Source: an uncultured bacterium (lineage in GTDB: Bacteria > Hydrogenedentota > Hydrogenedentia > Hydrogenedentales > JAEUWI01). From it: a stretch of 37,317 nucleotides of DNA. Positions 16,111 through 23,877 of this stretch are shown here, one piece after another. Each line of letters opens with the position of its first letter. Position 1 is the first letter of the stretch. Made by a program: the position numbers and the translations under genes. The notes under the pieces were generated by a model, which saw only the letters and a program-made list of their open reading frames with translations, searched no databases and had not been told where the DNA came from. Where the stretch lies: positions 1 through 37,317 of the forward strand of contig CAXBPH010000036.1 of NCBI GenBank assembly GCA_963977445.1, read 5' to 3'.

Positions 16111-16650
16111 TGTATACTAAAATAGTAGCTATATATTACATAGTTGACACCGCATGCCTTCGTCGTGCCCTTATTGCGGGTATCAAGTCCATTCTCATCG
16201 GTCTTCCAATGCCGTGTATGACGCAATCGGGATTAGATGGGGCTCCGTATGGCCTCGCAGCAGGAACGCGCCACAGCTGATTTTAGCACCCGGGGTGTTT
16301 CATCGTTTTTCAGTAACTCTCAAAGTATAGCAACCCTTGACCTGTCTCATCGTCTTTGCGCCTTGGATTACGCACGTTCCGTCTCATTCCGTGCCGGTTG
16401 CGGTTAGGCACCACCCGATGCCTTTTCGGAAGATTCAGTTTCCTGTCCATGTCGCGTCGACTTCGAATACCAGGTTGACTTTCCGGAGTGTTCTCCCGTG
16501 GTTTCCCTTTCTGGTTCACCCGCTGGCGCGTGCGGTCTGGTCTTCGCATCGTCAAGGACCTACCTGCTAGCGCACGTTCCTCCGTGACTTCGCCATAACC
16601 ACCCCGACTGGTGCAAGCCAGAATAGAAACCTCTCATAGGAGAAAACATC

Positions 16651-16887
16651 ATGGAAAAAAACAAACCAGCATACGAAATACGAATGGGCGTCATTAAGGC
16701 AACCATCTGGGCCAACCCATCCGAAAACGGCGTCTTTTACAGTGCCACCTTTACCCGGCTCTATAGAGACGGAGACGAATGGAAATTCTCGGATAGCTTT
16801 CGGCGGGATGACCTGCCCTTGATCGCCAAAGTAGCCGACAAGACTTTCGAGTGGATCTTGAATCCCGTCTTGGAACCACAGGAGTAA
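16651..16887 (+). CDS. Small conserved mobile-element protein, putative ssDNA-binding (PC4/SpoVG-like fold inferred)
   Basis: AGGAG RBS; IKATIWAN...TRLYRDGDEWKFSDSFRRDDLP; clear paralogue at 29705. Confidence 0.85.
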   Translation: MEKNKPAYEIRMGVIKATIWANPSENGVFYSATFTRLYRDGDEWKFSDSFRRDDLPLIAKVADKTFEWILNPVLEPQE

Positions 16888-17536
16888 TGCTCTTGCGAAA
16901 TCAGCCGGGCGGTCTCGTGCCGCTCGGCACATTCACCACGCAGCCATCGGTGGAGATGTTCATCCAATTGCTGGACAAGGGAAATCTAAAATGTTAAGGA
17001 GTAAATCATGGAATCGGATAAGAAAGAAAATCGGAAGCAACTCTTGCGCGATATTCTCATAAGTTTTGTTGTTGGAATGCTTCTGGCGGTTATCGCAGCG
17101 GCCTGGCGTTATCTCTAGGCCTGAAAAAAGAACCGCATCCCAAAGGATGCGGTTCAAAACCTTGAAAACAGTCTACAGAATTGACTGAATTAATCCGAGA
17201 CCGACCAGAAACCCAGCCAACCCGGAGATCAGTGCTACTTTCAACCGTTTCCATCGGGGGAAGCCCCCGTTTGACCCGTGATTGTGAACAACCACGTGTA
17301 ATGCACCATCGTATTCTCCCATTTTTTCCTCCTTTTCCACGTTAACAAACCGTAATTAGCTAACCTGAAAAGGCGACTGGGTGGATGGTGCAGCTGCCGT
17401 GTTTTGTCTCCTGGCAACAAGGGAGTTAAGGAACGGATTAAACTTTCCAACTAAGTTTAGTGTACCATAAAGTCTCGAAATTCCAACGAAAAATCTGTGG
17501 GTTGTCACCGTGTGACCAGCGTGATACCCAGGGGAC

Positions 17537-18382
17537 ATGTCACGTTCCACCCCGAAGCCCCGACCTCCGGAAACTCACCCTGCCACAGCAACTTCAACGC
17601 TGCCGCCGCTCCTGAAATGGCTGGGCGGTAAGCGCTGGCTCGTCCCCGAACTTGTCGCCCTCTATGCGGGCCACCGACATCGCCGCCTCGTCGAGCCCTT
17701 CTGCGGCGGCTTGGCCGTCGCCTTGGGGCTTTGCCCCGGCGAAGCCCTGTTGAACGACGCAAACCCGCACCTCGTCAACTTCTACACGTGGGTTCAGCGC
17801 GGCCTTGAAATGAAACTCGACCTAGCCAACGACGCAGCGACCTACTACTGCCATCGTGATCGTTTCAACCAACTTATCGCCGAAGGCGACGTGCGCTCGT
17901 GCGAGGCGGCGTCCCTGTTCTACTACCTCAATCGCACCGGTTTCAACGGCCTTTGTCGCTTTAATCGTAAGGGCACTTTCAACGTGCCCTTTGGTCGCTA
18001 TCACGGTATCCGTTATGCAAGCTCCTTTGAAACCCATCGCCGCGCGTTCGCGCCCTGGTGTTTCTCATCCAATGACTTTGGATTCCTGACCCTTAAGCCG
18101 GATGATTTCATTTATGCTGACCCGCCATACGATGCCGCCTTCACCCAATACAGCGCCGACGGATTTTCGTGGGACGATCAGGTGCGTCTCGCCCAATGGC
18201 TCGCGCGCCATCCCGGCCCGGTGGTGCTGTCCAATAACGACACAGATCGCGTGCGCTCCCTCTATCAGCATCTTGGCTTCCGTATCGTGTTGCTTCATGC
18301 CCCGCGACGGGTCAGCGCCAACGGCGACCGGACACCTGCCCGAGAATTGCTGGCGTTGAGAAATCTCGATGGCCGCGAGTGA
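17537..18382 (+). CDS. Orphan Dam-family (D12 class) N6-adenine DNA methyltransferase
   Basis: PLLKWLGGK, VEPFCGG (motif I), FYYLNRTGFNGLCRFN, YADPPY (motif IV); no adjacent endonuclease. Confidence 0.92.
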   Translation: MSRSTPKPRPPETHPATATSTLPPLLKWLGGKRWLVPELVALYAGHRHRRLVEPFCGGLAVALGLCPGEALLNDANPHLVNFYTWVQRGLEMKLDLANDAATYYCHRDRFNQLIAEGDVRSCEAASLFYYLNRTGFNGLCRFNRKGTFNVPFGRYHGIRYASSFETHRRAFAPWCFSSNDFGFLTLKPDDFIYADPPYDAAFTQYSADGFSWDDQVRLAQWLARHPGPVVLSNNDTDRVRSLYQHLGFRIVLLHAPRRVSANGDRTPARELLALRNLDGRE

Positions 18383-18401
18383 TTGTTGGCGTGCCCGGAG
18401 A

Positions 18402-18422
18402 GCTTCGGACCTCGGAAGTTTT
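18402..18422. repeat. Degenerate palindrome copy, GCTTCGGACCTCGGAAGTTTT
   Basis: 15/18 match to the core, between the convergent methylase and AbiEii 3' ends. Confidence 0.75.
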
Positions 18423-18447
18423 GTCCACCCTCCACTGTGCCTGAAGG

Positions 18448-19326
18448 TCACGTTAACGAGCGAGGACCGTCGCTTAAGTTTTCAAGGAACTCCCGAACGG
18501 TTCTTACAATTTCCGGCAGGTCTGGTGGCGCAGGTTGTCGTCGTTGGCGCTTGACAAACCCGGCCCATTGAAGGCGCTTCGACTCATTATTTGCGAACTC
18601 GTCCGTGAGGGCTAAAGGCGTTGACTCTGGAAGCGGTGTTTGCCGGCGGATAAAGGTGCTCCTGATCGCTTCACACAAGCTATTTTCATTCAAGGGGAAC
18701 GTCTGGCTCAACATCCAGATATCGAAGTAGTCCTTCATACGACTGTTGGCCATGCCGAGTAGAACCATGGCGTGGAATTTCTCCGCGATAACTGTTTCCG
18801 GTGAGTATGTAGCGATTATGGGGCCCCGTTCGGCCAACAGTGCTGGGAACTCTGCTTGCCTGGGCTCGGGGACAATGATGTCGCCAAAGCCCACATCCAC
18901 TTGAAGCCGGATTGGCATTACACCGAGATAGACCGGTACGACGACGCGCACGCCGTCATAGACCGAATCCTCCCGGATGGCGGAAGCAGCGACTTTTGTA
19001 CCATCAAATTCGAGACCATCGTCCTCCATCGTGACGGTACAAACGCTCCCAATCACTTCGGCAAGATGCTTCGGGTCGGGATTGCCGAAGCCCAAGAGAT
19101 CAAGGTCCATGGTTGTGCGTTTGTCATCGAGCCGCCATGCGACGTAGAGCATTGCCCCTTTCAGGACGAACTGATTTCGGTGTGGGCTCGTAGCCAGGCG
19201 GGCCAGGAATCGCTCCACCGCGTAGCGGAGAACAATAGCTTGAAAGTCCTCGCCCGTTGCCTTCGCCAGATTCAGGAGCCGTGCCCGAACCGAGGCGCTC
19301 ATGTTCTTACGTGAGGGATCTCTCAT
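18448..19326 (-). CDS. abiEii: AbiEii/AbiGii-family nucleotidyltransferase toxin (292 aa)
   Basis: True start MRDPSRKNMSASVRARLLN at the ATGA overlap with abiEi. Motifs FVLKGAML, RTTMDLDLLG, ETVIAEKFHAM, NSRMKDYFDI. Confidence 0.9.
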   Translation of the reverse strand: MRDPSRKNMSASVRARLLNLAKATGEDFQAIVLRYAVERFLARLATSPHRNQFVLKGAMLYVAWRLDDKRTTMDLDLLGFGNPDPKHLAEVIGSVCTVTMEDDGLEFDGTKVAASAIREDSVYDGVRVVVPVYLGVMPIRLQVDVGFGDIIVPEPRQAEFPALLAERGPIIATYSPETVIAEKFHAMVLLGMANSRMKDYFDIWMLSQTFPLNENSLCEAIRSTFIRRQTPLPESTPLALTDEFANNESKRLQWAGFVKRQRRQPAPPDLPEIVRTVREFLENLSDGPRSLT

Positions 19327-19928
19327 TCGACCAGCATTTCCAGGTAGGGTTGGATGATGCCCTGCACACGGCAGACGCTCGCCGCCGCCCAGAGTTCGTC
19401 CATGGTGAAACGTTTCGCGCGCCAGCCTTCGCGGAGCGCCTCGATGGCGACATCCAGGCCGATCTTGTTTCGATACTTGAAGCAGTCCGCAATCGTTCTG
19501 GCCGGGGTGTAGATGTGTACCGCCACGCCCTCGATCACGTGCTCCTCCATGCCATGCTCGAAATGGGGACCCGTGCAGTAGAGAAAACGAACACCCCCCT
19601 CGCTTGGTGGCATCTTTCGGTCTCGCCGCATCATCCAGGTTTCGTGGGGCATCTGCGTGCCGATGCCATGAAATACGAGCGCCGAGATGACACAAATCAC
19701 GCCGCCGGGATAGCGGCGGGTGGCCTCTACAAAAGTGTGGTTCACGCTCAGCTCTCCATCGGGCAGTCCATAGAGTCCCCGTCCGGGCTGGACAAGCTGT
19801 CCGCTCCGAACCATGCGCTGGAGCGTGGATCTCGGATCCCGCGCATCGCGGATGTCCCGCGCGCGAAAGACGGATTGACGCCGTGCGGTTCTCAGTATCT
19901 TGTCGGCAATGTGCTCCATAGAGGGCAT
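19323..19928 (-). CDS. abiEi: AbiEi-family type IV TA antitoxin / transcriptional regulator
   Basis: LQRMVRSGQLVQPGRGLY, ISALVFHGIGTQMP, YTPARTIADCFKYRNKIGLDVAIEALR. Start uncertain (19919, 19928 or 19937). Confidence 0.9.
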   Translation of the reverse strand: MPSMEHIADKILRTARRQSVFRARDIRDARDPRSTLQRMVRSGQLVQPGRGLYGLPDGELSVNHTFVEATRRYPGGVICVISALVFHGIGTQMPHETWMMRRDRKMPPSEGGVRFLYCTGPHFEHGMEEHVIEGVAVHIYTPARTIADCFKYRNKIGLDVAIEALREGWRAKRFTMDELWAAASVCRVQGIIQPYLEMLVE

Positions 19929-19961
19929 ACTCTCCAAAGAATAAAGTTATTACTATTCTCC

Positions 19962-19991
19962 AATATGAGCCAACTCGATGGGAAATGTCAA
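19962..19991 (-). promoter_or_regulatory. sigma70 promoter of the abiEi-abiEii operon
   Basis: Minus strand TTGACA-N18-CATATT. Confidence 0.55.
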
Positions 19992-20012
19992 GGCCGGGAT
20001 TTGCCATGACAG

Positions 20013-20032
20013 AACTTCGGACGTCCGAAGTT
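20013..20032. repeat. Palindrome copy 3, AACTTCGGACGTCCGAAGTT
   Basis: Perfect 20-bp palindrome between the abiE promoter and the esterase stop. Confidence 0.95.
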
Positions 20033-20049
20033 TTGCAGGAGTCCAGGGG

Positions 20050-21033
20050 TTACTCTTCCGAAAGGCGTGATACAGCCGCCCCAGTGCGGGTCAGGGGTGC
20101 AAAAAAGTCCCAGAGGGCTTCGCTGGCGCTGAAATCATGAGAGGTCTTTCCCACGATGACCTCGGGGATGCTGCTGCGGCCTCCAGGCCAGGTGTGGCCA
20201 CCTTCCTGCACCGTGTAGAGCACGACCGGCGTGTTCGCTGGACAGGAATAGGTCAAAATCGTGCTGGTGGTGCCATCGCGGACACTATCCTCAATCGGAA
20301 CCTCGCTGCCCTCGGTGCTGCAGTCATCGCGCGTACGCCAGTAGTCGACCGATTCGTCTACCGGTAGCAGAGCGAGAGGCGGGCCGGGCCCGGCAAAAAC
20401 TTCGCCACCTTCCCAGGGGAGGATCGGGTCCGCCGTGCCGTGGATGAGCAGCAACGGAATATGTAGCGCCGACGTGCATCGCTCCTGGATCTCCCGGGGC
20501 ATCGTGGCACCCATGACCACGGCGGCTCCCGCGAAACGATCTCCGGCTTCGCACATCAGACGATAGGTCATGGAGGCCCCGTTCGATGCACCGGCGAGAA
20601 AGACCCGAGTTTCATCGATGGCGTAGTTTTCCGAGATCCTATCCACAAGCACAAGAATAAACTTCACATCATTGGGCTCGTCTGATTTATACCCGTAGTT
20701 CCAGCTGCGGCGGAGGCCGTCAGGATAGGCCACAATGAAACCTTCGGTATCGGCCACCACATTCAACCCCGTCATGGTCTCCATGCTGCGACCACTGCCC
20801 GTGAACGGATGCAGGGCAAGCACGAGTGGCCATTCCGTATCCGGTGAATACGTGGGCGGCACGTGAAGGCGGTAGCTGCGCTCTGTGCCGTCGACGTCAA
20901 TGGAATTGCCGCAGCCTGTACAGCAGACCAGCAGAGTAACGGCAAGCAGATAAATGGCGCGGTTGACGTATACAATCCAACTTCTCCGCTGGAGACGGCA
21001 ACGGGCCCTTGTTTTCTTCGTGTGTGAACCCAT
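20050..21033 (-). CDS. PHB-depolymerase/LpqC-like alpha/beta-hydrolase esterase, probable lipoprotein (327 aa)
   Basis: ATG at 21033 with AGGAGG RBS; LLVCCTGC lipobox-like; GASNG nucleophile, IHGTADP, GGHTWPG. Confidence 0.88.
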   Translation of the reverse strand: MGSHTKKTRARCRLQRRSWIVYVNRAIYLLAVTLLVCCTGCGNSIDVDGTERSYRLHVPPTYSPDTEWPLVLALHPFTGSGRSMETMTGLNVVADTEGFIVAYPDGLRRSWNYGYKSDEPNDVKFILVLVDRISENYAIDETRVFLAGASNGASMTYRLMCEAGDRFAGAAVVMGATMPREIQERCTSALHIPLLLIHGTADPILPWEGGEVFAGPGPPLALLPVDESVDYWRTRDDCSTEGSEVPIEDSVRDGTTSTILTYSCPANTPVVLYTVQEGGHTWPGGRSSIPEVIVGKTSHDFSASEALWDFFAPLTRTGAAVSRLSEE

Positions 21034-21166
21034 ATGCCCTCCTATGCACCCGTCTGTGACAGCTACGGACGTTGTAGCCTTGATTATGGACGGCATGATT
21101 CGCGGTATCAAGATCGATTTCCGACATAGTCATTCCCTATATCGCGCGCCAGGCGTGCCGTCCCGG

Positions 21167-21184
21167 ACTTCGGACGTCCGAAGT
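21167..21184. repeat. Palindrome copy 4, ACTTCGGACGTCCGAAGT
   Basis: Perfect 18-bp palindrome upstream of the esterase. Confidence 0.95.
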
Positions 21185-21262
21185 TTTGGACGATACCCCT
21201 CGACAAGAAAAGTACCGTGTGCGATATTCTGGGCCTGCTAACAACCCTTCTGAGGTACCTCC

Positions 21263-21469
21263 ATGAACCCAACTCCAGCACAACTCGCCTACATCGCTAC
21301 TATGCTTTTCCAGCTTGACTTGGGTCTCGCCGAGGGCTTGCGGCTGGCCCGGGCCCGGTCGGCGATCGATAGTCTCTGGATGCTACAACCTGGTGAAGCT
21401 TTCCGCCTGATGCATGCTCTGGAACAGGAGAAGCGCCGTCGGAGTTATCCACAGCTTCACCTGAACTGA
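21263..21469 (+). CDS. Small hypothetical protein (68 aa), possibly nucleic-acid binding
   Basis: GAGGT RBS; PTPAQLAYIATML...EAFRLMHAL resembles the short helical T-x-x-Q-x-x-Y-I motif of phage/plasmid proteins. Confidence 0.6.
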   Translation: MNPTPAQLAYIATMLFQLDLGLAEGLRLARARSAIDSLWMLQPGEAFRLMHALEQEKRRRSYPQLHLN

Positions 21470-21495
21470 CGAACCCCGCAAAGGTCCCAGATCGA

Positions 21496-22365
21496 CCGGG
21501 CTTTTAGCCCGGCAGTGTCTATGGCGCGCGCGGACGGTGAAGAGATCACCGTCCGCCACGCGTGGTACACCCCACGCGACCCCTCCTCGGTGCGGGCCTT
21601 CGGCCCGGCCTTGTTGCCGCTCGCGTCTCGCGATTCCCGACCCTTGGTCAGGACATCGCTCGATCGCTCGCACAACCGATCACTTCAAGCCGCTGGCTTG
21701 GCGTGGTCTGTCAGTGCCCCGCAGCCCCGCCCCGAATAAGACCAAGGTCGCACGCTTCGCGTGCGTAGTCTATATGGCTCGCCAGCTCGCGATTCCCGAC
21801 CGTTGGCCAGGATATCGCTCGCCCGCTCTCCTCGCCTCCAGCCCCGGAACTCCGCGCGCGCCCCTCCCTCCGTTCCGGCACCTCCGGCATGTACCCCGCC
21901 GCTTCCACCACCATACCCGCCCAGTCCTCGCCCCACCGGCTGCGCGAACGCGCCGCCGCCTTTTCTTCGGACGCACGCTTTGCGTGCGCCTGGTCTATGG
22001 GTCGAACCCGGCTCGGATTTCCGCCTTGCGGAACTTCCTCATCCGGGTTCTCACCGAGCTCTCGGCATTCCCGACCCTTCGCCCTGGTCAGGACATGCTG
22101 TCGACTCGGCCCCGACCCCGAGGCCTCGCTTATTCCGCGCCCGGAAGTTGCTCAGCCTCTTTCACTGGCAGCCACGCCCTGGGAGCGAGGCGCGCGCCAG
22201 CGTCGCTGTCACGCCCCTCGCCCGTTCCCAGGCCGCCCCCATGCCGGGCTCCTGAACGGAGCCTCCGCGCTGAACGCGCGGTTGTCGCCTCGCGATTGGG
22301 CGCGAGGGCTCCCGGCCCTGAACGGGCCTGCGCTCGCTGGGCTGCTCGCGCCTGCGCTGAACGCT
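21496..22365 (-). other. Array of repeated hairpins (structured ssDNA or ncRNA) upstream of the relaxase-like gene
   Basis: Three units of hairpin + GTCTAT(AT)GG + conserved 36-39-nt hairpin, and three different stems sharing a TGAAC loop (see findings). Confidence 0.65.
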
Positions 22366-22534
22366 CCGGCCCCTTTCGCCCTACGTCTTCTTCGCGCTCA
22401 AACTGGCGGTCCACAGCACACTTAAGCGACCGCCCAGTCAGGGGTTAGACACAGCCCAACAACCATCTTCCAATCCCCTCTAAAGGTGGTGTACACTTGG
22501 GTCGAGGCTTGGGTGAGGGTCAGGCTGTGGGCTC

Positions 22535-23179
22535 ATGCTGACCATCTCTTCACGAGACGACGAAATCCTCGATTCACTGACCTTGCGTGTGCGCTTGCTC
22601 ACGCTGGACCAGGTCGCACGCTGCTGGTGGTCCGACGTAAAGTCGGCCAGGCAGTTGGCCCTTAACCGTCTGCGCGAACTCGAATTGGCGGACAAAGTCC
22701 ACCTCTTGGACTTGCCCGCTCACCCCGAACTCTCGCTCACGGAACCCGAGGCGATCTGGAAGCCGAAGGCCCCTGTCCCAAACTTTCACCAGCTCAGCTA
22801 CCGCCTTTCCAGCCGGTGGAAGCAGCCTCCAATCCTCCACCTGGGGGTCATCGCTTCCCGCGCTTCCGGGCGTCACTACGGTGGCTGGGGCGGGCGCAAA
22901 CCCCGCCCGACAGAGCGCACCCACGACCTCCATATGGGCACGGTGTTCCTTCTGAAGCGGGCCCGGGATCCGGAATCGGTAATTCACTGGATGTCCGAGG
23001 AGAAGGTCCGCGAGTGGCAGCGGCAGCGTCGGAGCGACGGCACCCATCACGTGCCCGATGCCATCGTGAAGCGGCCCAGACGAACCGCCATCGAGTTTGG
23101 GGGCTCCTATCCCGCAGACAAGCTGTCCACCTTCCATGACTACTGCGTGACGCAGGGGTGGCCTTACGAAATATGGTAG
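22535..23179 (+). CDS. Replication-relaxation (Replic_Relax / MOBC-like, PD-(D/E)xK fold) putative relaxase
   Basis: N-terminal wHTH (RDDEILDSL..VRLLTLDQVAR..ALNRLREL), then THDL, VPDAIV, AIEFGGSY..KL; first gene of an operon with a coupling ATPase. Confidence 0.7.
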   Translation: MLTISSRDDEILDSLTLRVRLLTLDQVARCWWSDVKSARQLALNRLRELELADKVHLLDLPAHPELSLTEPEAIWKPKAPVPNFHQLSYRLSSRWKQPPILHLGVIASRASGRHYGGWGGRKPRPTERTHDLHMGTVFLLKRARDPESVIHWMSEEKVREWQRQRRSDGTHHVPDAIVKRPRRTAIEFGGSYPADKLSTFHDYCVTQGWPYEIW

Positions 23180-23877
23180 AGCGGGACGATACAATCGATC
23201 TGAGGGCCCTGATCCTCGAACATATTGGGCGCTATCGCATCTCCTTCCTACCCGTGATGGAGCGTGTCTTCGCTGGGCTCGGCGACGTGAAGGGAACGGT
23301 CCAGAAACTCCAGAAAGCTGGTCTAATCACCGCCCTGGGACGGACGGCGGGCTACGGAAGCATCTTCGGCGGCTACACCGCATACCAGACCACGGCGAAG
23401 GGCGCCAAGCAGGCCGGCTTCACGGTGAAACGCGCAAAGAAGCTCGAAGAGAACGCACTGGAGATTTCCTTTCGGATCCTCTGGCTCTGCTGCATGGGTA
23501 AGCCACGCTACCGTCGTCTGGAGGAAAGGCACCTCGTGCAATTGTTCGGCCATCCCCTCAAGTCGAAAAATGGCTACTACTGCATGGAGATGAAAGGAGA
23601 ACGCCGGGTCTACCGCATCCGCCTGATCGGTCAGGAATCGGACGACGAATACGCGCTCCGTGAAACCCGAAAGGATCTCGTCGAATGCGGCGAGTTACCC
23701 ATACTGAAGGAATTCTGTCAGCACGCTCGCTACGGAAACCTGCTGGTGGTCAGCAAGCCGGAGCGGCGGCGGCGGCTCGAAGAACGGGTGAACAAGCAGG
23801 GTCTGAAGCAATTAGGACACGTTCGGGTGGCGCAGGTACCCGACCTCGCCGAGATAGGAGGAGCCTTCCGTGATTGA
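23173..23877 (+). CDS. wHTH hypothetical protein, possible relaxosome accessory factor (234 aa)
   Basis: ATG overlaps the upstream stop and the 3' end overlaps the next gene; ILEHIGRYR...VQKLQKAGLI...YQTTAKG wHTH pattern. Confidence 0.75.
   Translation: MVERDDTIDLRALILEHIGRYRISFLPVMERVFAGLGDVKGTVQKLQKAGLITALGRTAGYGSIFGGYTAYQTTAKGAKQAGFTVKRAKKLEENALEISFRILWLCCMGKPRYRRLEERHLVQLFGHPLKSKNGYYCMEMKGERRVYRIRLIGQESDDEYALRETRKDLVECGELPILKEFCQHARYGNLLVVSKPERRRRLEERVNKQGLKQLGHVRVAQVPDLAEIGGAFRD

Noticed and set aside
16335..16557. Frpo-like ssDNA promoter stem (CCTTGAC/GTCAAGG)
   Set aside because: Only a 7-bp complement; pairing does not extend to a -10 element.
17052..17079. Second dif-like site (also 28513-28540)
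   Set aside because: Only a CATAA-ending left arm; no TTATG XerD arm at 6-bp spacing.
17537..18382. Complete restriction-modification system, or assignment as GATC-specific dam
   Set aside because: No cognate endonuclease nearby, and target specificity cannot be read from the sequence.
19327..20007. 519-aa extended AbiEii ORF
   Set aside because: The extension overlaps abiEi in another frame and its promoter; the family-like sequence begins at the ATGA overlap (19326).
21627..22099. Hairpin B as integron attC or retron msr-msd
   Set aside because: No RYYYAAC/GTTRRRY boxes, no cassette ORFs between units, and no integron integrase or reverse transcriptase in the window.
21537..22448. 303-aa and other overlapping ORFs in the GC-rich region
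   Set aside because: R/P/A-rich low-complexity translations in several frames with no clear RBS; the repeats conserve base pairing rather than codons.
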